A stretch of 32,000 nucleotides of DNA. Origin: Mycolicibacterium smegmatis. GTDB taxonomy: Bacteria > Actinomycetota > Actinomycetes > Mycobacteriales > Mycobacteriaceae. Of this stretch, positions 23,496 to 32,000 are shown in pieces. The stretch spans positions 5,310,001 through 5,342,000 of the forward strand of contig NZ_LN831039.1 in assembly GCF_001457595.1 (NCBI RefSeq), read 5' to 3'. The first letter of the stretch is position 1. Each line of letters starts with the position of its first letter. The translations under genes and the position numbers were made by a program. Under the pieces are notes generated by a model, which had not been told where the DNA came from, made no database searches, and saw nothing but the letters and a program-made list of their open reading frames with translations.

Positions 23496-23774
23496 TCAGC
23501 GGTACAGGTGCACCGGGTGGTGCGTGCCTTCCTCGATGCGCATCGACGCCGAGTTCAGCAGTTCGGTTCCCAGCGCGATCAGCGCCCTGGCCGCCGCGAT
23601 CTCCTCGCCGATCTTCGGCTCGTTGGGGTCCTTGGGGTTGCGGTAGGCGTCCCCCGTGGTCGCCATCAGACCGTCGTCCATCAGGCGGGCGTGGGCCGAT
23701 GCGTGGGTGTGGATGTCGTCCTCGCAGAACCCGATTTCGACGTACCACTTGTGGGTGAGATCTCGGTCATACAT
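23496..23774 (-). CDS. Rv2632c/Rv1738-like protein (DUF1876)
   Basis: ORF 23496..23831, trimmed to MYDRDLTHKWYVEIGFCEDDIHTHASAHARL...RNPKDPNEPKIGEEIAAARALIALGTELL...HPVHLYR. This is colinear with my recollection of the M. tuberculosis dormancy proteins Rv1738/Rv2632c. Confidence 0.7.
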   Translation of the reverse strand: MYDRDLTHKWYVEIGFCEDDIHTHASAHARLMDDGLMATTGDAYRNPKDPNEPKIGEEIAAARALIALGTELLNSASMRIEEGTHHPVHLYR

Positions 23775-23866
23775 GTCGATCAGCCTCCACCTCCAAGGGT
23801 GCGCCTCGCCCGTGCCGAACACCAGACCCACGTGCGGGTTCCGGTGATCGAGCGGACGTCGGGCCG

Positions 23867-24142
23867 TCAGGCCGGCTGCGCCTCGGCGACGATGCTGTCG
23901 TCGTCGACGAACACCAGCCCGCCGTCGTCGACGTTCACCGCGTAGCGGCGCGCGGGACCCACGATGCGCTCACCTGCGATCTCGACCGCCGTGCCCGCGA
24001 GGTCCGCGAAATCCTCGACCACAACTCCGTGCAGTTCGTTGTCGGTGCCCGGGTAAACGATTACTCGGGTGTCCACAGCAATGCCGTCGGCAACATCTTC
24101 CGACTCGCCACCGTTAATCCCCGCCGATGCGTCTTCTGACAT
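23867..24142 (-). CDS. Acidic hypothetical protein (91 aa)
   Basis: ORF 23867..24199, trimmed to MSEDASAGINGG..., preceded by GGGGAGG. GC3 is reasonable. I recognise no family. Confidence 0.5.
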   Translation of the reverse strand: MSEDASAGINGGESEDVADGIAVDTRVIVYPGTDNELHGVVVEDFADLAGTAVEIAGERIVGPARRYAVNVDDGGLVFVDDDSIVAEAQPA

Positions 24143-24516
24143 TTCGCACCTCCCCAATTGCCAGCGCGTGCAACCGAAGTACACCATATGCGCGAGCAAC
24201 CGGCTCGTAATCGAATATTCCTACAGCCACACAATGCATAAATCCCAGGCAAATTGCCAAATCCCCCGATGAACGTCCATCTGGCTACTGGCCGGTAGCA
24301 CCGCTGATCGTGAGATGTCGGTCACACACAGATGCAAAAGGCTGCCATTGATCAATGCCATCGAGGCAATTCGACGAATATTCGCGATGCGGCCTTCACA
24401 CCACTACAGCGGCAAACCAGACGTTGCTGTCGGCGCGAAGGCGAACCGTTGGCCGAAACTGCACACATCACGGCCGGGGAGACGGTGACACACACCACAC
24501 TGCGGTTCGCTAGGGT

Positions 24517-24530
24517 TGCAACACGTTCTA
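24517..24530. promoter_or_regulatory. KstR-type operator TGCAACACGTTCTA
   Basis: Fits TnnAACnnGTTnnA exactly. It lies 12 nt before the ATG at 24543, with GAGGAGG between them. A TAGGGT -10-like hexamer sits immediately upstream at 24511..24516. Confidence 0.6.
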
Positions 24531-24542
24531 GCGAGGAGGCCC

Positions 24543-25622
24543 ATGTCCGACGCCGTCTTGGTCACAGGAGCCTTCGGGCTGGTGGGGTCTGCAGTCGTCG
24601 CGACGCTGGCCGCGCAGGGTCGGCCGGTCGTCGCGACCGACGTCGGCACCCCCGCCAACCGCAAATCAGCAACCGGGCTGCCGCCGACGGTCGAGGTGCG
24701 GTGGGCCGATCTGACCGACGCCGCCGCTGTCGACACCCTCGTCGCCGACGTGGCGCCCGCGGCGATCGTCCACCTCGCCGCGATCATCCCGCCGTTCTGC
24801 TACATGCGGCGCGAGTTGGCCCGCAAGGTCAACGTCGATGCCACCGAGTCGCTGCTGCGGGCCGCCGAGGCGCGAGCCACCCCGCCTCGGTTCGTGCTCG
24901 CGTCGAGCGTCGCGGTGTACGGCACGCGCAACCCGCACAGCATCACCGACGTGCTGACCGCCGACACCCCGGTCAACCCGGTCGACATCTACGGCGCGCA
25001 CAAGGTCGAAGCCGAGAACCTGGTGCGGGCCTCGCGGCTGGACTGGCTGATCCTGCGGCTCGGCGGCGTGATGAGCTCGACGTTCAGCGTGGACATGGAC
25101 GTCGAACTGATCTCGCTCGAGAGCGTCCTGCCCGCCGACGGGCGGTTGCAGACCGTCGACGTGCGCGACGTCGCGACGGCCTTCGCTGCGGCCACCACGG
25201 TGCCCGTCGAAATTGCCAACCACGAGGTGCTGCTCATCGGCGGCGACCCGCAGACACACCGGCACACGCAGGCCCGGGTGGGCTCGGAAGCGGCCGAGGC
25301 CATGGGCATCCGGGGCGGGCTGCCGGCCGGACGGCCCGGCAACCCGGACGACGACCAGGCGTGGTTCCACACCGACTGGATGGACACCACCCGCGCGCAG
25401 GAAGTGCTCACGTTCCAGCGCCACAGCTGGCCCCAACTGCTCGCCGACACACGCGCCAACGCCGGCTGGAAGCGCCACCCGCTCGGCCTGGCCGCACCGC
25501 TGATCCGGGCGTTCCTCAGGTCGAAGTCGGCCTACAAGAACTATCCGGGCCGCTACGCCGATGTGTGGAACGCCGTCGAGAAACGCTGGGGCAACCCCCG
25601 ACCGGATCGGAGCGAGGCATGA
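24543..25622 (+). CDS. NAD-dependent epimerase/dehydratase family (extended SDR) protein
   Basis: ORF 24516..25622, trimmed to the ATG after GAGGAGG: MSDAVLVTGAFGLVGSAVV... It has YGAHK (YxxxK). Confidence 0.85.
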   Translation: MSDAVLVTGAFGLVGSAVVATLAAQGRPVVATDVGTPANRKSATGLPPTVEVRWADLTDAAAVDTLVADVAPAAIVHLAAIIPPFCYMRRELARKVNVDATESLLRAAEARATPPRFVLASSVAVYGTRNPHSITDVLTADTPVNPVDIYGAHKVEAENLVRASRLDWLILRLGGVMSSTFSVDMDVELISLESVLPADGRLQTVDVRDVATAFAAATTVPVEIANHEVLLIGGDPQTHRHTQARVGSEAAEAMGIRGGLPAGRPGNPDDDQAWFHTDWMDTTRAQEVLTFQRHSWPQLLADTRANAGWKRHPLGLAAPLIRAFLRSKSAYKNYPGRYADVWNAVEKRWGNPRPDRSEA

Positions 25623-26389
25623 ACCGACGCGTCGCAATCGTCATCGGAGGCGCCTCGGGTATCGGCTGGGCCAGCGCCAAGGCACTGGCCGACGACGGCT
25701 GCCGCATCGTGGTGGCCGACCGCGACGCCGACGCCGCCGCGGCCTGCGCTGCAGAACTGGGCGCACCGCACACCAGCGGACACGTCGACGTCACCGACGA
25801 AGAGTCGGTCGAGCGGCTGTTCGCCGAGGTCAGCGCGGCCGGGCCGATCGACATCGTGATCAACTGCGCCGGGTTCAGCAACGTCGGCCTGATCACCGAC
25901 ATGCCGGCCGAGGACTTCCGTTCGGTGATCGACGTGTGCCTCACCGGCGGGTTCATCGTCGCCAAACACGCGGGCAGGCATCTGCCGCGCGGCGGTGTGC
26001 TGGTGTCGATCTCGTCGCTCAATGCCCGCCAGCCGGCGGCCGGCATGAGCGCCTACTGCGCGGCCAAGGCCGGCCTGTCGATGCTCACGCAGGTTGCCGC
26101 GCTCGAGATGGGTGAGGCAGGCATAAGGGTCAACGCGATCGCTCCCGGCTTTGTGCACACGCCGCTCACCGCACCCGCGGCCATGATCCCCGGCGTGGTC
26201 GAGGAGTACGTCGAGAACACCGCGCTGGGGCGCGCCGGGACACCCGAGGACATCGCGGCCGCGGTGGTGTTCGTGTGCTCGCCGCAGGCGTCCTGGCTCA
26301 CCGGCGAGGTCCTGGACCTCAACGGCGGCGCACACCTGCGCCGCTACCCGGATGTGCTCGGACACGTGATGAGGCTGGCGCAGGGATGA
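25619..26389 (+). CDS. Short-chain dehydrogenase/reductase (classical SDR)
   Basis: ATG overlaps the upstream stop (ATGA). The sequence MNRRVAIVIGGASGIGWA... carries NCAG and YCAAK. If the window is M. smegmatis mc2 155, this may be the second, AcmA-like cholesterol dehydrogenase (assignment from memory). Confidence 0.9.
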   Translation: MNRRVAIVIGGASGIGWASAKALADDGCRIVVADRDADAAAACAAELGAPHTSGHVDVTDEESVERLFAEVSAAGPIDIVINCAGFSNVGLITDMPAEDFRSVIDVCLTGGFIVAKHAGRHLPRGGVLVSISSLNARQPAAGMSAYCAAKAGLSMLTQVAALEMGEAGIRVNAIAPGFVHTPLTAPAAMIPGVVEEYVENTALGRAGTPEDIAAAVVFVCSPQASWLTGEVLDLNGGAHLRRYPDVLGHVMRLAQG

Positions 26390-27204
26390 GGTTCACGGGC
26401 AAGACCGCGATCGTCACCGGCGCGGGATCCGGGATCGGCGCGGCGCTGTGCCGCGCACTGGTGGATGCCGGTGCCGACGTGCTGTGCACCGACGTCGACG
26501 CCGACGCCGCCGCACGCACGGCCGCCGCACTCGGCGCGCGGTCGGCGCGCCTCGACGTCACCGACGCCGCGGCCGTGCAGGCCACCGTCGACGATGTGGT
26601 CGCCCGCGCGGGGCGGCTGGACCTGATGTTCAACAACGCAGGCATCGTGTGGGGCGGCGACACCGAACTGCTCACGCTCGACCAGTGGAACGCGATCATC
26701 GACGTCAACATCCGCGGCGTCGTGCACGGTGTCGCCGCGGCGTACCCGCAGATGATCCGCCAGGGCCACGGCCACATCGTCAACACCGCGTCGATGGCCG
26801 GGCTGGCCGCGGCCGGTCAGCTCACCAGCTACGTGATGAGCAAGCACGCCGTCGTCGGGCTGTCGCTGGCACTGCGCTCGGAAGCCGCCGCACACGGCGT
26901 CGGTGTGCTCGCGGTGTGCCCCGCGGCCGTGGAGACGCCGATCCTCGACAAGGGCGCGGTCGGCGGGTTCGTGGGACGTGATTATTTCCTGCGCGGTCAG
27001 GGCATGAAGACGGCGTACGACCCGGACCGGTTGGCCGCCGACACCCTGGGCGCGATCGAGCGCAACAAGGCCCTGCTGGTCAAACCGCGTCGAGCTCACG
27101 CGTCGTGGCTGTTGGCGCGTCTCGCGCCCGGTCTGATGCAGCGGCTGTCGGTGCGGTTCGTCGCCGCCCAGCGCGCATCGCAGGCCCGCACGGCAAACCA
27201 CTAG
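26386..27204 (+). CDS. Short-chain dehydrogenase/reductase (classical SDR)
   Basis: ATG overlaps the upstream stop (ATGA). The sequence MRFTGKTAIVTGAGSGIGAAL... carries NNAG and YVMSK. Confidence 0.9.
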   Translation: MRFTGKTAIVTGAGSGIGAALCRALVDAGADVLCTDVDADAAARTAAALGARSARLDVTDAAAVQATVDDVVARAGRLDLMFNNAGIVWGGDTELLTLDQWNAIIDVNIRGVVHGVAAAYPQMIRQGHGHIVNTASMAGLAAAGQLTSYVMSKHAVVGLSLALRSEAAAHGVGVLAVCPAAVETPILDKGAVGGFVGRDYFLRGQGMKTAYDPDRLAADTLGAIERNKALLVKPRRAHASWLLARLAPGLMQRLSVRFVAAQRASQARTANH

Positions 27205-27266
27205 CCTGTCGCACCCGCTGCTCGCACCGACCGGGCGATACTGTTCACCCAGCGAGGAGGGGCCTG

Positions 27267-28454
27267 ATGGAGAACCAGTTCACCACCACCCAGAAGCGCG
27301 CGCTGGCGGTGGTGACCGTGCTGGCCCTGCTGCTCGGCGCGTACTTCCTGCGCACGTTCTTCGTCCTGATCGTGATGGCCGCCGTGGGCGCGTACCTGTT
27401 CTCGCCGCTGTACCAACGTCTTCTGCGGCGGTTCAACTCCGGCATCGCGGTCACTCTGACGGTGCTCGCGGCGCTGCTGATGGTGATCATCCCGGTGTCG
27501 CTGATCGTGTTCCTGGCCATCGTGCAGGTGTCGCAGATGGTCAACACCGTGAGTGCGTGGGTGGCCGACACGGACCTCTCCACACTCGGTGACCGCACAC
27601 TTCAGTTCATCAACTCCACGGCCGACCGCGTGCCGTTCCTCGACATCGACGTCACCCCGGAGTCGCTGCGCGACGCGATCGTCACGGTGTCGCAGCGCGT
27701 CGGCGAGTGGCTGCTCGGGGTGCTGCAGGGCGCGCTCGGCGGCCTCGCCGGTGCCCTGACCGCGTCGATCATCTTCCTGTACGTGTTCATCTCGCTGCTG
27801 GTCAACAGCGAGAAGGTGACCACGCTTGTCCGCCAGCTCAACCCGCTGGGCGAGGAGATCACCGACCTTTACCTCGCCAAGACCGGCGCGATGGTCAAGG
27901 GCACGGTCAAGGGCCAGTTCGTCATCGCGCTGGCCCAGGGCATCTCCGGCGCCATCTCGATCTACATCGCCGGATTCCACAACGGGTTCTTCGTGTTCGC
28001 GATCCTGTTGACCGCGCTGTCGGTGATCCCGCTGGGCGGCGGCATCGTCACCATCCCGTTCGGCATCGGAATGATGTTCTTCGGCAACACGATCGGCGGC
28101 ATCTTCATCGTCGCGTTCCACATCCTGGTGGTCACCAACATCGACAACGTGCTGCGGCCGATCCTGGTGCCCAAGGCCGCGCGCCTGGACGCGGCGCTCA
28201 TGCTGCTGGCGGTCTTCGCGGGTATCGCGATGTTCGGCTTCTTCGGGCTGGTGATCGGACCGGTACTGATGATCATCATCGTCACGACGATCAGCGTCTA
28301 CCTGGCGGTCTACAAGGGCGTCGAACTCGATACGTCGACAGAACCCGACGAACCGGACAAACCGCGCGCCCGCTGGTGGTCACCGAGTTGGTGGACGCAG
28401 AAATTCGCGGCCCGCACCAGCAAGCCGGCCGCTAAGAAGCCAGCCGCTCGGTGA
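27267..28454 (+). CDS. AI-2E family transporter (PerM/UPF0118, Rv1101c-like)
   Basis: ORF 27105..28454, trimmed to the ATG after GAGGAGG: MENQFTTTQKRALAVVTVLALLLGAYFL... It has about 8 TM helices and a Lys/Ala-rich tail. Confidence 0.85.
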   Translation: MENQFTTTQKRALAVVTVLALLLGAYFLRTFFVLIVMAAVGAYLFSPLYQRLLRRFNSGIAVTLTVLAALLMVIIPVSLIVFLAIVQVSQMVNTVSAWVADTDLSTLGDRTLQFINSTADRVPFLDIDVTPESLRDAIVTVSQRVGEWLLGVLQGALGGLAGALTASIIFLYVFISLLVNSEKVTTLVRQLNPLGEEITDLYLAKTGAMVKGTVKGQFVIALAQGISGAISIYIAGFHNGFFVFAILLTALSVIPLGGGIVTIPFGIGMMFFGNTIGGIFIVAFHILVVTNIDNVLRPILVPKAARLDAALMLLAVFAGIAMFGFFGLVIGPVLMIIIVTTISVYLAVYKGVELDTSTEPDEPDKPRARWWSPSWWTQKFAARTSKPAAKKPAAR

Positions 28455-29256
28455 GGAACTCCACGACGCGCTTGCGCGCCTCGTAGGCCGGATGACCGTC
28501 GACCTCGCGGACCTCTTGTGTGAGCACCGAGTGCGCCGATTTCCCGAAGCCGTGCGGATTGCCCTTGCGCGAGTCGATCTCGATGACCTCGAACGCATCA
28601 CCGAGCCGCTGCTTGAGCGTCGAGAACCGCTCACCGGGCGCCATCCAGTCCTGGCTGAACCGCAACCCGAGCGCGCACAGGCCCTCGTCGGCGGCCCGCT
28701 TCTCGACGATGGTGAGTTCTTCCTCGGAAAGCCCCGGATCGCGTTTGTGTCTGGGCGTCAACGGAAGTGGCAGGGACGGCTGGCTCAGCACCGGGGCCAG
28801 CACGCTGTCGTCGACCGCGGCCGCCAGCGCGAAACCGCCCGTGAAGCACTGCCCGATGACGCCGACACCCTTACCCGGCGTGCGGGCGTTGAGGTCGCGC
28901 GCGAGCGCGCGCAGGTAATGCGCGACGGGCCGGTCGGCGTTGGTCGCGAATGCCGCGAACTCGCGTGTCACGCAGGCCTTCACGATCACCGGGACGGCGC
29001 CGGGCCCCATCGGCGGCTTCTCGGGGGTGCCGAACAGCGACGGTGCGGCGACGGTGAACCCGGCCTCGACGAGGTGGTCGCCGAGCCCGAGCACGCCGGG
29101 ATGCAGACCGGGCAGCTCGGGGATCAGCACGACGCCGGGGCCTTCGCCCTTGCGGTAGACGTCGTAGGTCTGGCCTGCCGCGGTGAACGGGGCCGCGGAC
29201 CATCCGGTGAGATCGGCGACCGGGTACTCGCTGGTGTCCGAGTTACGAGCGGCCAT
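28432..29256 (-). CDS. Dienelactone hydrolase family protein
   Basis: 274-aa ORF with a Cys nucleophile elbow, GQCFTGG, and a C-terminal SAHSVL. It overlaps the transporter 3' end by 23 bp (convergent). Confidence 0.8.
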   Translation of the reverse strand: MAARNSDTSEYPVADLTGWSAAPFTAAGQTYDVYRKGEGPGVVLIPELPGLHPGVLGLGDHLVEAGFTVAAPSLFGTPEKPPMGPGAVPVIVKACVTREFAAFATNADRPVAHYLRALARDLNARTPGKGVGVIGQCFTGGFALAAAVDDSVLAPVLSQPSLPLPLTPRHKRDPGLSEEELTIVEKRAADEGLCALGLRFSQDWMAPGERFSTLKQRLGDAFEVIEIDSRKGNPHGFGKSAHSVLTQEVREVDGHPAYEARKRVVEFLTERLAS

Positions 29257-29270
29257 CGCGGCTCCGTCCG

Positions 29271-29894
29271 TCAGCGCTGCACAGGAAGTGGCGACTGCTT
29301 CTGCGTCGCACTGGCCAGCGTACGGTACTCATCCGTACCGCCGGCGCCTGTGATCGCGATCTGCGCCGGTCCCGGCAGACGCGTCGTCCACACCGCCTCG
29401 GGGTCCTCGCTCTCGTAGACCACCCAGGTCACGCCGTCGACGTCCTGCGTGCCCGCGGCGTACGAGCTGGGCTTCATCGACGCGACGAGCGCGGACTCGT
29501 CGGCGTCGCTCTGGGTCAGGCTCATGTACATGCCGCTGGGGGCCAGGTAGCCGACGCGCGAGCTGACCGCGCGTACGTGCTGGCCGTCGGGCAGGGTGCG
29601 GCCGCCGTCGATACCGCTGCGGCCGCCGGAATTGGCCTGCCAGCCGTCAGGCAGGACGGGCAACCGGATGGGGATCTTGAGCGCTTCGGCATCGGCCTGC
29701 AGCGCCGCCGGGGCGTCGTATTCCGGGGCCGGGCCCGCACCTGGGCCGCTGCCCTGGAAAGAGCACATCCCCAGCATGCCTGCGAGCACGATGCAGGCCA
29801 CGACCAGCGGAGCCATCGACCAGAACATGTCGCGGCCGTCCTGCAGTAGCCTCGACTTTTCCGGCTTCGGCGCCGGGGTTGGCTGGGTGGTCAT
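29271..29894 (-). CDS. Rv1100-like membrane-anchored protein (DUF4245-like)
   Basis: ORF 29271..30158, trimmed to [44 protein letters not shown]... It is divergent from glpX, as in M. tuberculosis. Confidence 0.7.
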   Translation of the reverse strand: MTTQPTPAPKPEKSRLLQDGRDMFWSMAPLVVACIVLAGMLGMCSFQGSGPGAGPAPEYDAPAALQADAEALKIPIRLPVLPDGWQANSGGRSGIDGGRTLPDGQHVRAVSSRVGYLAPSGMYMSLTQSDADESALVASMKPSSYAAGTQDVDGVTWVVYESEDPEAVWTTRLPGPAQIAITGAGGTDEYRTLASATQKQSPLPVQR

Positions 29895-29949
29895 GCCTGC
29901 CAGTATCCCAGCTCCCAAACCCCGACCTCGTTCTGGGAGAATCACGGCC

Positions 29950-30978
29950 ATGACACCCTCGCGCGGCGAAGCACCGGATCGAAATCTGGCCCTTGAACTT
30001 GTCCGGGTAACCGAGGCAGGAGCGATGGCCGCGGGCCGCTGGGTTGGCCGCGGCGACAAGGAAGGCGGCGACGGTGCGGCCGTCGACGCCATGCGTGAAC
30101 TGGTCAACTCGGTGTCGATGCGCGGCGTCGTGGTGATCGGTGAGGGCGAGAAGGACAACGCCCCGATGCTCTACAACGGCGAAGAGGTGGGCAACGGCGA
30201 CGGGCCGGAGTGCGACTTCGCCGTCGACCCGATCGACGGCACCACGCTGATGAGCAAGGGTATGCCCAACGCCATCTCGGTTCTCGCGGTCGCCGAGCGC
30301 GGTGCGATGTTCGACCCGTCGGCGGTGTTCTACATGAACAAGATCGCCGCGGGTCCCGACGTCGCCGACTTCATCGACATCACCTCGCCGATCGCGGCCA
30401 ACATCCAGCGCATCGCCAAGATGCGCAAGGCCTCGGTCTCCGACATCACCGTCTGCATCCTGGACCGCCCGCGCCACGCCAAGCTGATCGCCGACGTCCG
30501 CGCGGCCGGCGCACGGATCCGGCTGATCTCCGACGGCGACGTCGCCGGTGCGATCTCGGCGTGCCGCCCCGATTCGGGCACCGACCTGCTCGCGGGCATC
30601 GGCGGCACGCCCGAGGGCATCATCACCGCCGCGGCGATCCGCTGCATGGGCGGCGAGATCCAGGCGACCCTGGCCCCCACCGACGACGAGGAGCGCCAGA
30701 AGGCCATCGACCGCGGCCACGACCTGGACCGGGTGCTCACCACCAAGGACCTGGTGTCGGGTGAGAACGTGTTCTTCTGCGCCACCGGCGTCACCGACGG
30801 GGACCTGCTCAAAGGGGTGCGGTTCTTCGGCGGCGGGTGCACCACCCAGTCGATCGTCATGCGCTCGAAGTCGGGCACGGTCCGGATGATCGAGGCCTAC
30901 CACCGGTTGTCCAAGCTCAACGAATACTCCGCGATCAATTTCACCGGCGACAGCTCTGCCGCCTATCCCCTGCCGTAA
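29950..30978 (+). CDS. glpX: Class II fructose-1,6-bisphosphatase
   Basis: ORF 29596..30978, trimmed to [49 protein letters not shown]...[11 protein letters not shown]. This closely matches mycobacterial GlpX. Confidence 0.95.
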   Translation: MTPSRGEAPDRNLALELVRVTEAGAMAAGRWVGRGDKEGGDGAAVDAMRELVNSVSMRGVVVIGEGEKDNAPMLYNGEEVGNGDGPECDFAVDPIDGTTLMSKGMPNAISVLAVAERGAMFDPSAVFYMNKIAAGPDVADFIDITSPIAANIQRIAKMRKASVSDITVCILDRPRHAKLIADVRAAGARIRLISDGDVAGAISACRPDSGTDLLAGIGGTPEGIITAAAIRCMGGEIQATLAPTDDEERQKAIDRGHDLDRVLTTKDLVSGENVFFCATGVTDGDLLKGVRFFGGGCTTQSIVMRSKSGTVRMIEAYHRLSKLNEYSAINFTGDSSAAYPLP

Positions 30979-31009
30979 CACACCAACAAACAAGGGACGC
31001 AACAGCACA

Positions 31010-32000
31010 ATGGCCGACACCGACGTCGAATACCGCATCGAACACGACACCATGGGTGAAGTCCGGGTACCCAAGGACGCCCTGTGGCGCGCGCAGACCC
31101 AGCGCGCGGTCGAGAACTTCCCCATCTCGTTCCGCGGCCTCGAGCGCACGCAGATCCGCGCGCTCGGTCTCCTGAAGGCCGCGTGCGCGCAGGTCAACAA
31201 GGACCTGGGCCTGCTGGACCCCGAGAAGGCCGACGCGATCATCGCCGCCGCGGGTGAGATCGCCGACGGCAAGCACGACGACCAGTTCCCCATCGACGTG
31301 TTCCAGACCGGCTCGGGCACGAGCTCGAACATGAACACCAACGAGGTGATCGCGTCGATCGCGGCAGCCAACGGTGTGACGGTGCACCCGAACGACCACG
31401 TGAACATGTCGCAGAGCTCCAACGACACCTTCCCCACCGCGACCCACATCGCGGCCACGGAAGCCGCTGTGCGCCATCTGATCCCGGCGCTGGAGGTCCT
31501 GCACGCATCGCTGGCCGCCAAGGCCAAGCAGTGGCGCACCGTCGTCAAGTCCGGCCGCACGCACCTCATGGACGCCGTGCCCGTCACGCTCGGGCAGGAG
31601 TTCGGCGGCTATGCGCGCCAGATCGAGGCAGGCATCGAACGCGTCAAGGCCACGCTGCCACGTCTCGGTGAACTCGCGATCGGCGGCACCGCCGTCGGCA
31701 CCGGCCTCAACGCGCCGGAAGGCTTCGGCGCCAAGGTCGTCGAGGTGCTCGTCAACGAGACCGGCCTGGCCGAGTTGCGCACCGCCGTCGATTCGTTCGA
31801 GGCGCAGGCCGCGCGCGACGGGCTGGTCGAGGCCTCCGGTGCGCTGCGCACCATCGCGGTGTCGCTCACCAAGATCGCCAACGACATCCGCTGGATGGGC
31901 TCGGGCCCGCTGACCGGCCTGGCCGAGATCCAGCTGCCGGACCTGCAGCCGGGCAGCTCGATCATGCCGGGCAAGGTCAACCCCGTCCTGCCCGAGGCCG
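31010..32000 (+). CDS. fumC: Class II fumarate hydratase (5' ~330 codons; continues beyond the window)
   Basis: Absent from the ORF track because there is no stop in the window. The ATG at 31010 gives [40 protein letters not shown]... The fumarate-lyase signature [11 protein letters not shown] is encoded near 31950-31985. Confidence 0.95.
   Translation, partial: MADTDVEYRIEHDTMGEVRVPKDALWRAQTQRAVENFPISFRGLERTQIRALGLLKAACAQVNKDLGLLDPEKADAIIAAAGEIADGKHDDQFPIDVFQTGSGTSSNMNTNEVIASIAAANGVTVHPNDHVNMSQSSNDTFPTATHIAATEAAVRHLIPALEVLHASLAAKAKQWRTVVKSGRTHLMDAVPVTLGQEFGGYARQIEAGIERVKATLPRLGELAIGGTAVGTGLNAPEGFGAKVVEVLVNETGLAELRTAVDSFEAQAARDGLVEASGALRTIAVSLTKIANDIRWMGSGPLTGLAEIQLPDLQPGSSIMPGKVNPVLPEA

Noticed and set aside
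24310-24325. CRP-like half-sites GTGA ... TCAC
   Set aside because: The spacing is 8 nt rather than the 6 nt of the TGTGA-N6-TCACA consensus, and only 4 bp per arm match.
24332-24542. Possible small ORFs in the AT-richer intergenic region (plus-strand ATG at 24332; minus-strand 47-codon ORF starting near 24353)
   Set aside because: Third-position GC is far below that of the surrounding genes, there are no recognisable motifs, and the plus-strand ORF is open only because it runs in frame into the real SDR gene.

Overview
High-GC actinobacterial chromosome segment. Gene order (fumC, glpX, Rv1100-like, AI-2E permease, 3-beta-HSD, xseB, xseA, Rv1109c-like, ispH, Rv1111c-like, ychF) is syntenic with the Mycobacterium tuberculosis Rv1098c-Rv1112 region. 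The 20-nt quasi-palindrome AACTGGAACGTGTTTCAGTT in front of the 3-beta-HSD gene is, from memory, the KstR operator described for Mycolicibacterium smegmatis mc2 155. The window is therefore probably that species or a close relative. I call 38 CDS, two of them truncated by the window edges: a DUF3556-like membrane protein at the left and fumC at the right. The left half (about 1-16.4 kb) is accessory relative to the M. tuberculosis synteny. It carries lipid-related and detoxification-type genes, an ECF sigma factor and a 977-aa kinase/aminotransferase-fold fusion. I see no rRNA, tRNA, CRISPR array, transposase, integrase or recognisable defence system, and I cannot claim a clear new system. The observations most worth follow-up are: (1) a GNAT cassette apparently inserted into the last codons of ychF, flanked by a 12-15 bp direct repeat, so that the GNAT ORF ends in the canonical YchF tail VVEFRFNV and YchF gets a novel tail. 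(2) Two copies of a 64-bp intergenic element with terminal inverted repeats in consecutive spacers of one gene string, with MIRU-like overlap of stop and start codons. (3) Three KstR-type operators placed 11-14 nt before start codons, one in front of the uncharacterised DUF3556 membrane protein. (4) An alpha/beta hydrolase translationally coupled to the tri-domain kinase/phospho-lyase-like fusion. (5) An Rv2632c/Rv1738-like (DUF1876) gene in an operon with a 2H phosphoesterase, next to a 400-bp AT-richer intergenic region dense in palindromes. Coordinates come from the supplied ORF track plus residue counting. All family names rest on motif recognition and memory, not on database searches.
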